The notes under the pieces were generated by a model. It had not been told where the DNA came from. It ran no database searches and saw only the letters and a program-made list of their open reading frames with translations. Shown here piece after piece: positions 53,026-63,296 of a DNA stretch of 64,000 nucleotides. The translations under genes and the position numbers were made by a program. The DNA is from an uncultured Gemmatimonadales bacterium (lineage in GTDB: Bacteria > Gemmatimonadota > Gemmatimonadetes > Gemmatimonadales > GWC2-71-9): the NCBI GenBank assembly GCA_963821525.1, contig CAWGED010000005.1, positions 864,001 through 928,000 of the forward strand, in the 5' to 3' direction. Position 1 is the first letter of the stretch; every line of letters begins with the position of its first letter.

Positions 53026-54388
53026 GCTTCGATCGCTGGCGGGCGACAGGGCGGGAGGTCGCCGTCCTCGGACTGGCGCGGAGTGGGATGGCCGCGGCAT
53101 TGCTGCTTCGGCGCGAAGGCATTCCGGTCTATGCCTCTGACCGGGCGGGAGAGGCGGACAAGGCGGTCGGGGCGGACGGACTGCGTACGGTTGGAGGAAG
53201 CCGGCGTCGCGGTCCAGTTGGGCGGACACGACCTGAAGCGAATCGCTCAGGCGGGACTCGTAGTGATCTCCCCCGGCATTCCACCCGACGCTCCGCCCGT
53301 GCTTGCGGCGAGAGACGCTGGGGTGCCGATCGTCTCCGAGGTGGACGTGGGCTACCACGCAATGCCCGGCGGTCAAGTACGCGGCCATCACCGGCACCAA
53401 CGGCAAGACTACGACGACGGCGCTCACCGGCCATCTGCTCCAGAGTGCCGGGCTCAACGCTGTAGCAGCGGGGAATATTGGCCGCCCGCTTTCACAGGTT
53501 GCGCTCGACAACGACCGTCCCGAATGGATCGCGCTCGAATTGTCGTCCTTCCAGCTGCACGACACGCATGACCTGGTGCCCGCGGTCGGTGCCATGACGA
53601 ACCTCGCACCGGATCATCTCGACCGCTACGCCACGCTGGAGGAGTACTATGCGGACAAGGACCGGCTCTTCGTAAACGCGACAGCCGCATCCTGTTGGGT
53701 TACCAACGGCGATGATGCCGAGGTGGAGCGGCGTTCGGCGGCGGTTCCCGGAACGCACCTGCGATTCCGGTTGCAAGAGCGGGCCGACGCGTGGTACGAT
53801 CGCAGCAAGGGAGCGCTGATTCTGCGGGATACCACACTGCTTCCGCGCGCCGATTTCCCTCTGCTGGGTGAACACAACGTCGCCAACGCCTTGGCCGCCT
53901 CCCTCATTACTTGGCGGGCCGGCGGGAGTCCTGAACGCATCGCGGAAGGGCTGCGCACCTTCCGTGCGTTGCCTCATCGGATGGAGCCGATTCGCACGGT
54001 GGACGGTGTCTTGTGGATCAATGATTCGAAGGCGACCAACGTGGCCTCCACCACCGTCGCGGTTCAGGCGCTGGAGCAGCACTTCGTCCTGCTTCTCGGC
54101 GGAAGACACAAGGGCGAACCCTATACTATGCTGGCCAAGGCCGCGGGCGATCGCTGCCGGGCGGTCATCGCCTTCGGTGAGTCGCGTGATCTGGTGACGC
54201 AGGACCTCAAGGACCTGATGCCGGTGACTCGGGCAGGCACCGACTTCGGCGAGGTCCTGGCGCTGGCCCGGCGGCTCGCTCAACCGGGGGACGCGGTACT
54301 TCTTTCACCGGCCTGCTCCAGCTACGACATGTTCAAGAACTATGAGGATCGAGGCGCGCAGTTCCGCGCCGCCGTGGAGGCCATGTGA
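53022..54388 (+). CDS. murD: UDP-MurNAc-L-Ala:D-Glu ligase (frameshifted)
   Basis: GLARSG, VISPGIP, ITGTNGKTT, ELSSFQL, NDSKATN, LSPACSSYD. Confidence 0.95.
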
Positions 54389-55527
54389 ACGAGCTGCGCT
54401 GGGAGACTCGACTGCTGGCCGTAGTGGCCGCGACCCTCGTGGTCTTCGGAATCGCGATGACCTACGGCGCCTCCAGTCTGGTGCGGACGAAGGATGGGGG
54501 TGTCGCGGGCGGTGCCTTCGCCCTTACCCAGCTCACCGGCGCACTCCTGGGCGGCGTGCTCATGGTGACGATCGCACGGATCGACTACCGCCGGCTGCGC
54601 CCTCTGGCCTGGCCGCTCCTGCTGGTGACGATCTTCTTCCTCTTCATCCCGATTCTCCCCTTCACTCGGAGCATTTCCCCGGTCATCAACGGCGCTCGCC
54701 GCTGGGTCCAGCTTGGCCCGATCAACTTCCAGCCCTCGGAGCTGGCCCGACTGGCGGTGATCCTCTGGTGCGCCATGCTGGCCGCGAAGAAGGGAGAGCA
54801 GGTGCGGCAGTTCAAGAAGGGTGTCTTGCCCTTCGTCGTGGTGCTGGGTTTCGTCTCGCTCCTGATCGTGCTGCAGCCCAACCTCTCGATGGCGACCCTC
54901 GTAGCCCTGCTGGGCGGTATCGTGCTGTTCACCGCCGGCGCCAAGATCGGGCACTTCCTGGTGCTGGGGTTCGTCGCGGTGCTCCTCGTCTTTCAGAAGA
55001 TCCATGACGCGCAGTATCGCCTGGCGCGGTTTACCGCGTTCATGAGCTCGGGCGATTCCCCGGACGCCGCGACCAGTCAGATCCACCAGTCCTTCGTCGG
55101 CATCGGGTCGGGCGGGCTCTTCGGGGTCGGATTCGGCCAGGGCCAGCAGGGATTCGGGTATCTCCCCTACGCCTATTCCGATTTCATCTTCAGCTCGATT
55201 GGGGAGGAGTGGGGGTTCATCGGCGTTGTGCTGATCGTGCTGCTGTTTGCCTTGTTCTGCTGGCTCGGATTCCGGATCGCTCGCACCGCCGAGGACCCCT
55301 TCGGTCAGTATCTCGCGACCGGGCTCACCGCCGCGGTTGGACTCACCGCGTTCATGCACATGGCGGTGACACTGGGCTTGATGCCGACGACGGGCCTCAC
55401 GCTCCCCTTCATCTCCTATGGGCGCTCGAGTCTCGTCGTGACTCTGATGGGCACCGGGATCCTGCTCAGCGTCGGGAGAATGCGGGGGAAGCCGGCTCGA
55501 CGTGAGAACGTGAGCAGTAAGCGGTGA
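54385..55527 (+). CDS. ftsW: SEDS peptidoglycan glycosyltransferase FtsW
   Basis: NGARRW, FQPSELA, YSDFIFS, GLTLPFISYG. Confidence 0.95.
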   Translation: MNELRWETRLLAVVAATLVVFGIAMTYGASSLVRTKDGGVAGGAFALTQLTGALLGGVLMVTIARIDYRRLRPLAWPLLLVTIFFLFIPILPFTRSISPVINGARRWVQLGPINFQPSELARLAVILWCAMLAAKKGEQVRQFKKGVLPFVVVLGFVSLLIVLQPNLSMATLVALLGGIVLFTAGAKIGHFLVLGFVAVLLVFQKIHDAQYRLARFTAFMSSGDSPDAATSQIHQSFVGIGSGGLFGVGFGQGQQGFGYLPYAYSDFIFSSIGEEWGFIGVVLIVLLFALFCWLGFRIARTAEDPFGQYLATGLTAAVGLTAFMHMAVTLGLMPTTGLTLPFISYGRSSLVVTLMGTGILLSVGRMRGKPARRENVSSKR

Positions 55528-55537
55528 GCGGTGAGCG
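55510..55537. repeat. Heptamer repeat (GTGAGCG-like) x4 at the ftsW/murG junction
   Basis: GTGAGCA GTAAGCG GTGAGCG GTGAGCG. Confidence 0.8.
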
Positions 55538-56637
55538 GGCCGAGACCAAGAAGCCCACTATCCTCATCGCGGGCGGCGGTACCGGCGGACACCTCATGCC
55601 GGCTCTCGCGATCGCCGAAGAGCTGCGACGGAGACGGCCGGATCTGGAGCCGGTCCTCCTGGGCGCCCAACGCGGGCTCGAGGCGACGCTCCTCCCCCAA
55701 CGAACCTTCCGTTACCACCTCCTCCCAGTCGAACCGATCTACCGGCGCCAGTGGTGGAAGAATTTCCGCTGGCCTCTGATCGCGCTGAATCTGAGGCGGG
55801 AACTCATCACGCTGTTCGAAACCGAGCAGCCGGTCGCCGTCATCGGGACCGGCGGCTATGCCTCGGGTCCCTGCGTCTGGTTCGCGGCACGGCAGAGGAA
55901 TCCCCACCGCCATTCAAGAACAGAACGCATTCCCGGGGATTGCCACTCGGCAGTTGAGCCGGATGGTCCGTCACGTCTACCTGGGTCTACCGGAAGCGCG
56001 GGCAAAGCTGAAGCTCGGACGGGAGACCCAGGTCTTCGACACCGGCAATCCCATCATTCCACCCGATCCTTCCCGCCGGGAGGCCGCCGCGGCTCGACTC
56101 GGCGTGGTCGGGGAAAAGCCGGTCCTGCTCATTACGGGAGGTAGTCAGGGGTCGCTCGCCATCAACGAAACGGTCGCGGCGTGGATCGAAAGCGGGGCCG
56201 CGAAAGACATGGTGGTGCTGTGGGCGACGGGGAAGGGCAGCTATCAACAGTTCGCTTCGCTCCAACAACCTCCCGCAGTGAAAGTTTTCGATTTCCTCGA
56301 TCCGATGGCCGATGCCTACTCGGTTGCCGATCTCGTCGTGGCGCGGGCGGGTATGATGACCGGTGCGGAACTCTGCGCCTGGGGACTGCCGTCGATTCTG
56401 ATTCCGCTCCCCAGTGCGGCGGCGGACCACCAGACCAAGAACGCGGAGGCTCTCGCGGCCGCTGGGGCCGCGAAGATGCTGCTTCAGCGGGACCTCACCG
56501 TGGCGTCCTTTGCCCAATCTGTGGGTAGCTTGCTGCACGACCCAACCCGCCGACTCGAGATGGGGCGAGCCGCTCTGGCTCGCGGGAAACCCCAGGCTCT
56601 GGAGTCGATTCTGTCACATCTTTTGACGCTTTTTTGA
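55524..56637 (+). CDS. murG: Lipid II GlcNAc transferase (frameshift near 55895)
   Basis: GGGTGGH, GTGGYAS, EQNAFPG, TGNP, GGSQG, DHQTKNA. Confidence 0.96.
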
Positions 56638-56689
56638 GTCGGCCGGGCTTTCGCAAATGCTGAACTGATTTTACATTAGCTATCCAACC

Positions 56690-58064
56690 ATGGATTTGTT
56701 CGACCCCAGCAATCCTCGTCCCGTCCATTTTATGGGTATCGGTGGTGCCGGCATGAGCGCTTTGGCGCTTGTGGCGCGCCGCCGAGGGGTTTTGGTCACC
56801 GGCTGTGACCCCGATCCGAGCGGTGCCGCCGATGTGGCGGCACTCGGCGCCGACGTCTTCTCCGGCCACGATCCGAAACACGTCGAGGGTGCGCGAGCCG
56901 TCGTGGTGACGGCGGCGGTCGCAACTGACCACCCCGAACTGGCCCGGGCACACGCACTGGGAGTGCCGGTAGTCCCCCGGAAGAAGGCTTTGGCCGACTT
57001 GGTAAGCGGCGGCACGGTGGTCGGGATCTCGGGAACCCACGGGAAGTCCACAACGACCGTCATGACCACCGAGGCGTTAACCGCTGCGGGCCTGGCCCCG
57101 ACCGGAATCGCCGGGGGCCGAGTGAATGAGTGGGGAGGTAACGCGAGGCCGGGAGGAGACCGGCTTTTCGTTGTGGAATCCGACGAGTACGACCAGGCTT
57201 TCCTCGCCCTTACCCCTTCGGTGGCCGTGGTCAACAACGTCGAGGCCGATCACCTCGAATGCTACGGATCGCTCGAGGCCCTGGAGCAGGCGTTCGTGAC
57301 CTTCGCGGGGCGCGGCGGGCCGGATCCTGATCGGTGCCGACGATCCCGGTGCGGGTCGTGTCGCGGCGCAGCTTCCTCCAGAACGGGTCTGGCGCTTTGG
57401 GCTGGGGACGGCGGACCTGAGGCTCTCAGCGATCGAACAGAGTCCGACGGGGAGCCGCGCTTCGCTGAGTCTTCCGGACCGAGAGGCGGTCACCCTGAGG
57501 CTGCAGGTTCCCGGAGTCCACAACCTGCGCAACGCTGCCGCGGCAGTCGGTGTGGTCGTGGCGCTCGGCGGAAAGGTGGAACCGGCGCTGGAGGCGTTGG
57601 CTCGGTATCGCGGATTGGGTCGCCGGTTCGAGCGATTGGGAGAGGTGCGGGGAATCGCGGTGGTAGACGACTACGCCCACCATCCTTCCGAACTGGAGGC
57701 TACTCTCGCCGCCGCACGGCAGGCCTTTCCGGGCCGCCGGCTCCTGGCGGTGTTCCAGCCTCATCTCTACTCCCGGACGGCGCAGCACGGAGTGGCCATG
57801 GGCCGAGCCCTGGCCGCGGCCGACCTGGTGATTGTGACCTCGATCTACCCGGCTCGCGAGCAACCGATTCCCGGCGTAACCGCCGCTGCGGTTGCCGACG
57901 CGGCGCGGGACGCAGGGGCCCAGGTGATCTACGAGCCAGATCGGGAGCGGATCGGTGAACGGATCCACGAGATTGTTCGCGAGGGTGATGTCGTCATCAC
58001 CCTTGGCGCCGGCGATATCACCCGGGTCGGGCGGGAACTCGCCCAGTGGCTGAACGCCGCCTGA
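56690..58064 (+). CDS. murC: UDP-MurNAc:L-Ala ligase (frameshift near 57310)
   Basis: HFMGIGGAGMS, GTHGKSTTT, ESDEYD, DDYAHHP, FQPHLYSRT. Confidence 0.96.
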
Positions 58065-58737
58065 AACCCGGCTGGAAAATCCTCGGCGCGCTGGTTCTGG
58101 GCGTGGTGCTGTGGCTCGCGCTGCCACCGCTTCTCGGCGGGCTGGAGTTCTTCCGCATCCGGCAGGTCGAGGTTCGCGGTCTCAAGAACCTCGAGGCCTC
58201 GACGGTGATCAAGGCGCTCAAGCTGCCTTCCCGGGCTAGCGTGTTCGACCGGGTAGGTCCGATCGAGCAGAGGGTGCAGGCGATGCCCGGGAGTCAGTCC
58301 ATGCCGAGGTGAGCCGCCGCCCGCCAGGCACGCTGCGGGTCACGGTGGAGGAGGCCGTCCCGGTCGCGCTGGTCCCGAGCAGCAACCGGCTCAAGGCAGT
58401 GGACGCCACCGGAAAGGTGTTGCCCTTCGACGCGACCGTCGGTGCCGAGGATTTGCCGCTGATCCGGCAGCCCGATTCGCTGGTGACCCGGTTTCTCGCC
58501 AAGCTGCAGGAGGTGGATGCGACGCTGTACGGCCGCGTGGTCGCCGGCTGGCGGGTGCAAAGGGACGTGGTGATCCAGGTAGACAACCAACGATACTGGT
58601 TCCGGCCAGATGCTACGGCGGAGGCGATTCGGGCGGTGACGGCTGTGGCGCAGGATCTGACGCGTAAAGGGCGGGCGTTCGCGGAGCTGGATGGGCGCTT
58701 CGCGGGATACGTCGTCGTCCGCTGGAAGGCTGCGTGA
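58046..58737 (+). CDS. ftsQ: Cell division protein FtsQ/DivIB (frameshift near 58295)
   Basis: TM plus POTRA (FRIRQVEVRG...RRPPGTLRVTVEE), C-terminal ELDGRF; lies before ftsA. Confidence 0.85.
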
Positions 58738-59987
58738 GCGGACCCCAGCAGCGGTTGGTTGCGGCGGTGGATCTGGGAACCACGAAAGTGGCCGCCGTCA
58801 TCGCCGAGGTCTCGGGCGACGCCCCGCATCCCAATGCCCGGATCCTTGGCGTCGGGGTGGAACGGAGCGCAGGCGTGCGCCGCGGGGTGGTGCGAGATAT
58901 CGAAGCGAGCACCCGCGCCATCTCGAAGGCCATGCACGACGCGGAGCGGATGGCCGGCGTCGAGGTCGGCACGGTGTACTGCGGGCTGGCGGGAGAGCAC
59001 GTGGCGGGGCAGAACTCGAGCGGTGTCGTGTCCGTCACCGGCGGAGAAATTCGCACTGGTGATGTCGCCCGGGTGAACGATGTAGCGAGCAGCGTCCCGC
59101 TCGGGCGGGAGCACGAGCTGCTGCACGCGATCCCGCAGGACTACCTGGTGGATCTCCAGCCCGGCATCAGCGAGCCGATCGGGATGACTGGCTCCCGGCT
59201 CGACGCCCAGGTCTACCTGGTCACCGTCCTCTCGAGCGTCCCGCAGAATCTCCGGAAGTGCGTCGAGGGAGCAGGGTACCACGTCGCCGAATTCGTGCTG
59301 GAGCCGCTGGCTGCCTCGCTCGCGGTGCTGACGCCGGATGAGCGGGAACTGGGAACCGCACTGGTCGAGCTGGGAGGCGGGTCCACCAACGTTGCTATCT
59401 TTCACGGCGGAAAGATCCGGCACACCGGGTCGCTGCCGTTCGCCGGGGGGCATGTCACCAACGACATCGTTCACGGGCTGCAGGTCACCCAGCAGGATGC
59501 GGAGAAGCTCAAGCAGCGGCACGGTGCGGCCTACGAACCGCTGGTTCCCGAAAGCGATGTCATCGAGCTGCCGAGTACGCCGGGGCAGGGAAGCCGCAGC
59601 GCCCACCGGCGAGTCCTCGCGCACATCATGCACGCGCGCATTCAGGAAATGCTGGAGTTCGCCAACGACGAGATCGCCCGGGCCGGCTACCAGCAGCGGT
59701 TGCCTGCGGGCGTGGTGCTGACGGGTGGCGGTGCGCTGGTTCCGGGCGTGGTGGAGCTGGGTCGCGAGGTCTTCGCGATGCCGGTGCGTATAGGGGTGCC
59801 GGGTCAGGGGCTGACCGGCCTTACCGACAGCGTCGAGTCTCCCCGGTTCGCGGTGCCCGCCGGGCTCGCGCTCTACGGGGCCAAGCAGTTGTTGCAGGGA
59901 AGCGCCTTCGGAGCGGGCGGCCGGAGGTCGCAGTCGATCGAGAAGTGGGTCACACCGGTGAAACGCTGGCTCCAGGACTTTTTCTGA
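58734..59987 (+). CDS. ftsA: Cell division protein FtsA
   Basis: DLGTTKV, LVELGGGST, VVLTGGG, C-terminal amphipathic VKRWLQDFF. Confidence 0.96.
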   Translation: MSGPQQRLVAAVDLGTTKVAAVIAEVSGDAPHPNARILGVGVERSAGVRRGVVRDIEASTRAISKAMHDAERMAGVEVGTVYCGLAGEHVAGQNSSGVVSVTGGEIRTGDVARVNDVASSVPLGREHELLHAIPQDYLVDLQPGISEPIGMTGSRLDAQVYLVTVLSSVPQNLRKCVEGAGYHVAEFVLEPLAASLAVLTPDERELGTALVELGGGSTNVAIFHGGKIRHTGSLPFAGGHVTNDIVHGLQVTQQDAEKLKQRHGAAYEPLVPESDVIELPSTPGQGSRSAHRRVLAHIMHARIQEMLEFANDEIARAGYQQRLPAGVVLTGGGALVPGVVELGREVFAMPVRIGVPGQGLTGLTDSVESPRFAVPAGLALYGAKQLLQGSAFGAGGRRSQSIEKWVTPVKRWLQDFF

Positions 59988-60009
59988 GGTGGGCCGTATG
60001 GGACATCCC

Positions 60010-61172
60010 ATGATCTTCGAGCTGGAAGATTCCGGAGCGCAGAGCGCGCGGATGAAGGTGATCGGCGTTGGCGGCGGTGGAGGCAATGCCGTCAATCGCA
60101 TGATCGAGGAGCAGCTCCGCGGAGTGGACTTCGTCTCGGTCAACACCGACTCGCAGGCGCTGTCCGCCTCGAAGTCGGATGTGAAGATCCAGATCGGGAG
60201 GAAGCTCACCAAGGGACTGGGCGCCGGCGCCCGGCCCGAAATCGGGCGACAAGCCATCGAGGAGAACCGCGAGGAAGTGCTCGGGGTGCTCGACGGCTGC
60301 GACCTGGTCTTCATCACCTGCGGAATGGGAGGCGGCACCGGTACGGGCGCCGCACCCATCATCGCCCAAATGGCACGAGACCTCGGCGCCCTCGCCGTCG
60401 GCATCGTGACCAAGCCCTTCCTGTTCGAGGGCAAGAAGCGAATGAAGCAGGCCGAGATGGGCATCGCCGACATGCGCAAGAGTGTCGACACGATGATCGT
60501 GGTGCCCAACGAACGGCTCCTGGCCGTGGTCGGGAAGGGGATTCCCTTCCAGGACTCGCTCAAGAAAGCCGATGAGGTCCTGCTTCAGGCGACTCAGGGC
60601 ATCGCCGACCTCATCACCCGCACCGGCATCATCAACGTCGACTTCGCCGACGTCCGGACCATCATGCAGAACGGTGGCGCGGCGCTCATGGGCACCGGTA
60701 TCGGCCGGGGAGAGAACCGGGCGATGGAAGCGGCCCAGCAGGCCATTTCCAGCCCGCTGCTGGACAACGTCTCGATCGCCGGGGCCTACGGGGTCCTGAT
60801 CAACGTCACCGGCGGGAACGACCTGACCCTTGCGGAAGTGACGCATATAGGCGAAATCGTCCAGGATGCGGCGGGGGAGGAAGCCGAGACCATCTTCGGC
60901 GCCACCAACGATCCGGCGATGGCAGGCGAGATTCGGGTAACGGTGATCGCCACCGGGTTCGACCGCGCGGAACAGGCCGCCCCGGTAGCGACCGGACCTG
61001 GCAACAAGCCGGCCTCGGGGGTCATCAACTTCCCGACTGGCAAGCGTCTCACGACGCCACCTCCGCCGCCGCAGGCAGCACCGCCCAAGCCCGAGGCGCG
61101 GCGTCCGCCGGAGCGTCTCCCGAGGTGCCCGAGATGGAGATTCCGACGTTTATTCGGAGGCAGATGGATTAG
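60010..61172 (+). CDS. ftsZ: Cell division GTPase FtsZ (frameshift near 61120)
   Basis: GVGGGGGNAV, GMGGGTGTG, NVDFADV; the conserved tail EMEIPTFIRRQMD* is in the shifted frame. Confidence 0.98.
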
Positions 61173-61260
61173 GTGATAGGTAGTAGGAGTAGGAGTAGGG
61201 TGTAGGGGGGCGGCCACTTTGCGGGCACCACCTACACCTACCCACTATCCCCGACTCCCT
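61170..61260. repeat. Degenerate inverted short-repeat tracts (GTAGGA)n / (CCTACA-like)n after ftsZ
   Basis: TAGGTGATAGGTAGTAGGAGTAGGAGTAGGGTGTAGGG ... CCTACACCTACCCACTATCCCCGACTCCCT. Confidence 0.65.
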
Positions 61261-61278
61261 CGTCCACCCGACCCTCGC

Positions 61279-62532
61279 ATGACCACCATGCCCCGCCTCC
61301 GCTTCCTCCTCGCCCTGGCCGTGCTCGTCGCCGCCGCCGTCTTCACGGCGCGGGACCAGTGGCCGTGGCCGCGGCCGGTCATGCAGGCGCCGGCGGTGGT
61401 GGCGGACATCTTCACCGAAACACTTGATACCCTCCGTCTCGGCGAGACCGTATCCGAGCTGTTCTCACGACAGGGTGTGAAGAGATTCATGCTTGCGAGC
61501 GAGGTCGATCGCTCCGTATTCGACCTCCGGCGGCTGCGGGCCGGATTGGTCTTCAACTTCCGGCGGAAGCTCACCGATAGCCTGCCGTCGCAGGTGGTCG
61601 TGCGCACCGGACCGGAGCAGAAGGTGAATTTGCAGCTCGTCGCCGACGGCTGGAGGGCGGTGGCCGAGCCGATTGTATGGCAGTCCGAAATGTTCGCTCT
61701 CGAAGGCCCGATCGATAACTCGCTGTACGAAGCGCTCGATTCGGATATCGCCGACACGCTGCTCGACGGAGGAGACCGGGTAGCGCTCGCGTGGGACCTC
61801 GCCGACATCTATGCCTGGCAGGTCGATTTTTCTCGCGATATCCGCCCCGGCGATCACTTCCGGATCCTGGTCGAGCGGCTGGTGTCTCCCGAGGGAGAGA
61901 CCCGGTTCGGAAAAGTGGTGGCCGGAGATCTCACCGTCGGTGGCCAGGCCTACTCGGCCTACTGGTTTGCCGCCGCCGATGGCAGAGTCGGTTACTACGA
62001 CGCATCGGGCCGCAGCCTGCGACGCGCTTTTCTCCGGGCGCCTCTCCAGTTCCGCCGGATTTCTTCCCGGCTGAGCAGCGCTCGACGGCATCCGATTCTC
62101 GGCACCGTACGGCGTCATGAGGGCACCGACTACGCCGCGGATCCGGGCACTCCGGTGATGGCAGCGGGCGACGGGATGATCACTCAGATGGGATGGTCCG
62201 GCGGCTACGGCAACCTGGTCGAGGTCCGCCATCCGAACAGCGTCACCACCCGGTACGGACATCTGCAGGGTTTCAAGCGAGGCCTGCAAGTCGGGCAGCG
62301 GGTGAACCAGGGGGACGTGCTCGGCTATGTAGGCTCCACCGGTCTCGCGACAGGGCCCCATCTCCACTATGAGTTCCGGGTTTCCGGTGTCTCCCGCGAT
62401 CCCGCGCGGGTGGACTTCGGTTCCGGAGAGCCGGTTCCTCCTGCTTCGCGCGCTGCGTTCGAACAGGAGCGGGCCCGCTTGAACGCCCTTCTCCACCCAG
62501 TGCCCAATCCCGCCATCGCGGTAGCGCGCTGA
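61279..62532 (+). CDS. M23-family peptidoglycan endopeptidase (MepM/Csd3-like)
   Basis: HEGTDY (HxxxD) and TGPHLHYE (HxH) motifs; WQVDFSRDIRPGD central domain. Confidence 0.92.
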   Translation: MTTMPRLRFLLALAVLVAAAVFTARDQWPWPRPVMQAPAVVADIFTETLDTLRLGETVSELFSRQGVKRFMLASEVDRSVFDLRRLRAGLVFNFRRKLTDSLPSQVVVRTGPEQKVNLQLVADGWRAVAEPIVWQSEMFALEGPIDNSLYEALDSDIADTLLDGGDRVALAWDLADIYAWQVDFSRDIRPGDHFRILVERLVSPEGETRFGKVVAGDLTVGGQAYSAYWFAAADGRVGYYDASGRSLRRAFLRAPLQFRRISSRLSSARRHPILGTVRRHEGTDYAADPGTPVMAAGDGMITQMGWSGGYGNLVEVRHPNSVTTRYGHLQGFKRGLQVGQRVNQGDVLGYVGSTGLATGPHLHYEFRVSGVSRDPARVDFGSGEPVPPASRAAFEQERARLNALLHPVPNPAIAVAR

Positions 62533-62571
62533 ATCGCGGGCAACTCCCGCGCTACTCCCTCGGCAGTTTCA

Positions 62572-63286
62572 GTGGATCTCCTCCCAGCAATCGATATTCG
62601 CGCCGGCCGCGTCGTCCGTCTGAGCCAGGGCGAGGCATCCAGCAGTGTCACCTACGGCGACGATCCGGTTGCCCAGGCCGAGGCTTTCATAGCGGCCGGG
62701 GTCGAGCTGGATCCATGTGGTGGACCTCGATCGCGCCTTCGGGAAGGGAGACAACACCGCAGTGGTGCACGGGCTCACCGCGAAGCTCGGGCACCGCGTG
62801 AAGCTTGAGGTGAGCGGCGGCCTGCGATCCCGGGAAGCGGTGCGAGCCGTGTTGGACGCGGGGGCTACCAGGGTCGTGGTCAGTACGGCGGCAATAACAT
62901 CCCCGTCGTTCCTTCCCGATTTGATCGGGGAGGTGGGCGCCGAGGCGATCGCGATCGGCCTCGATGGCCGGCGCGGCATCGTCGCGATTCGGGGATGGAC
63001 GGAATCGACGGGGGAGAAAGTTGAAGACGTGGCCCGCCGCGTCATTGCCGACGGCGCGCGGACGATCATCTACACCGATGTGGAGCGGGATGGAATGCTG
63101 AATGGCCCCGACATCGCGGGAGCGGTCGAGCTTCAGCGGCTGGGTGCGCAGGTCGTAGCGAGCGGTGGCGTCTCGAAACTCGACGACCTTCGTGCCGTCA
63201 GGGCGGCAGGGCTCGCCGGCGCCATCGTCGGGCGCGCCATCTACGAGAACCGCTTCACCGTCGCGGAGGCGTTGGCATGCTGTTGA
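62572..63286 (+). CDS. hisA: ProFAR isomerase HisA, PriA-like (frameshift near 62700)
   Basis: LPAIDIRAGRVVRL, HVVDLD, SGGLRS, RGW, YTDVERDGML, ASGGV, AIVGRAIY. Confidence 0.9.
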
Positions 63287-63296
63287 GCGGGGAGCA

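Noticed and set aside
58236..60563. Long minus-strand ORFs (e.g. 775 aa here, 643 aa at 51664-53595, 520 aa at 13542-15104)
   Set aside because: Antisense shadows of well-supported plus-strand genes, expected in high-GC DNA, with no recognisable motifs
1684..63286. Dozens of frameshifts suggesting pseudogenes or programmed frameshifting
   Set aside because: They hit essential genes (ileS, ftsZ, murC/D/F/G, ftsH) at arbitrary positions with motifs intact on both sides; uncorrected long-read indels are the simplest explanation
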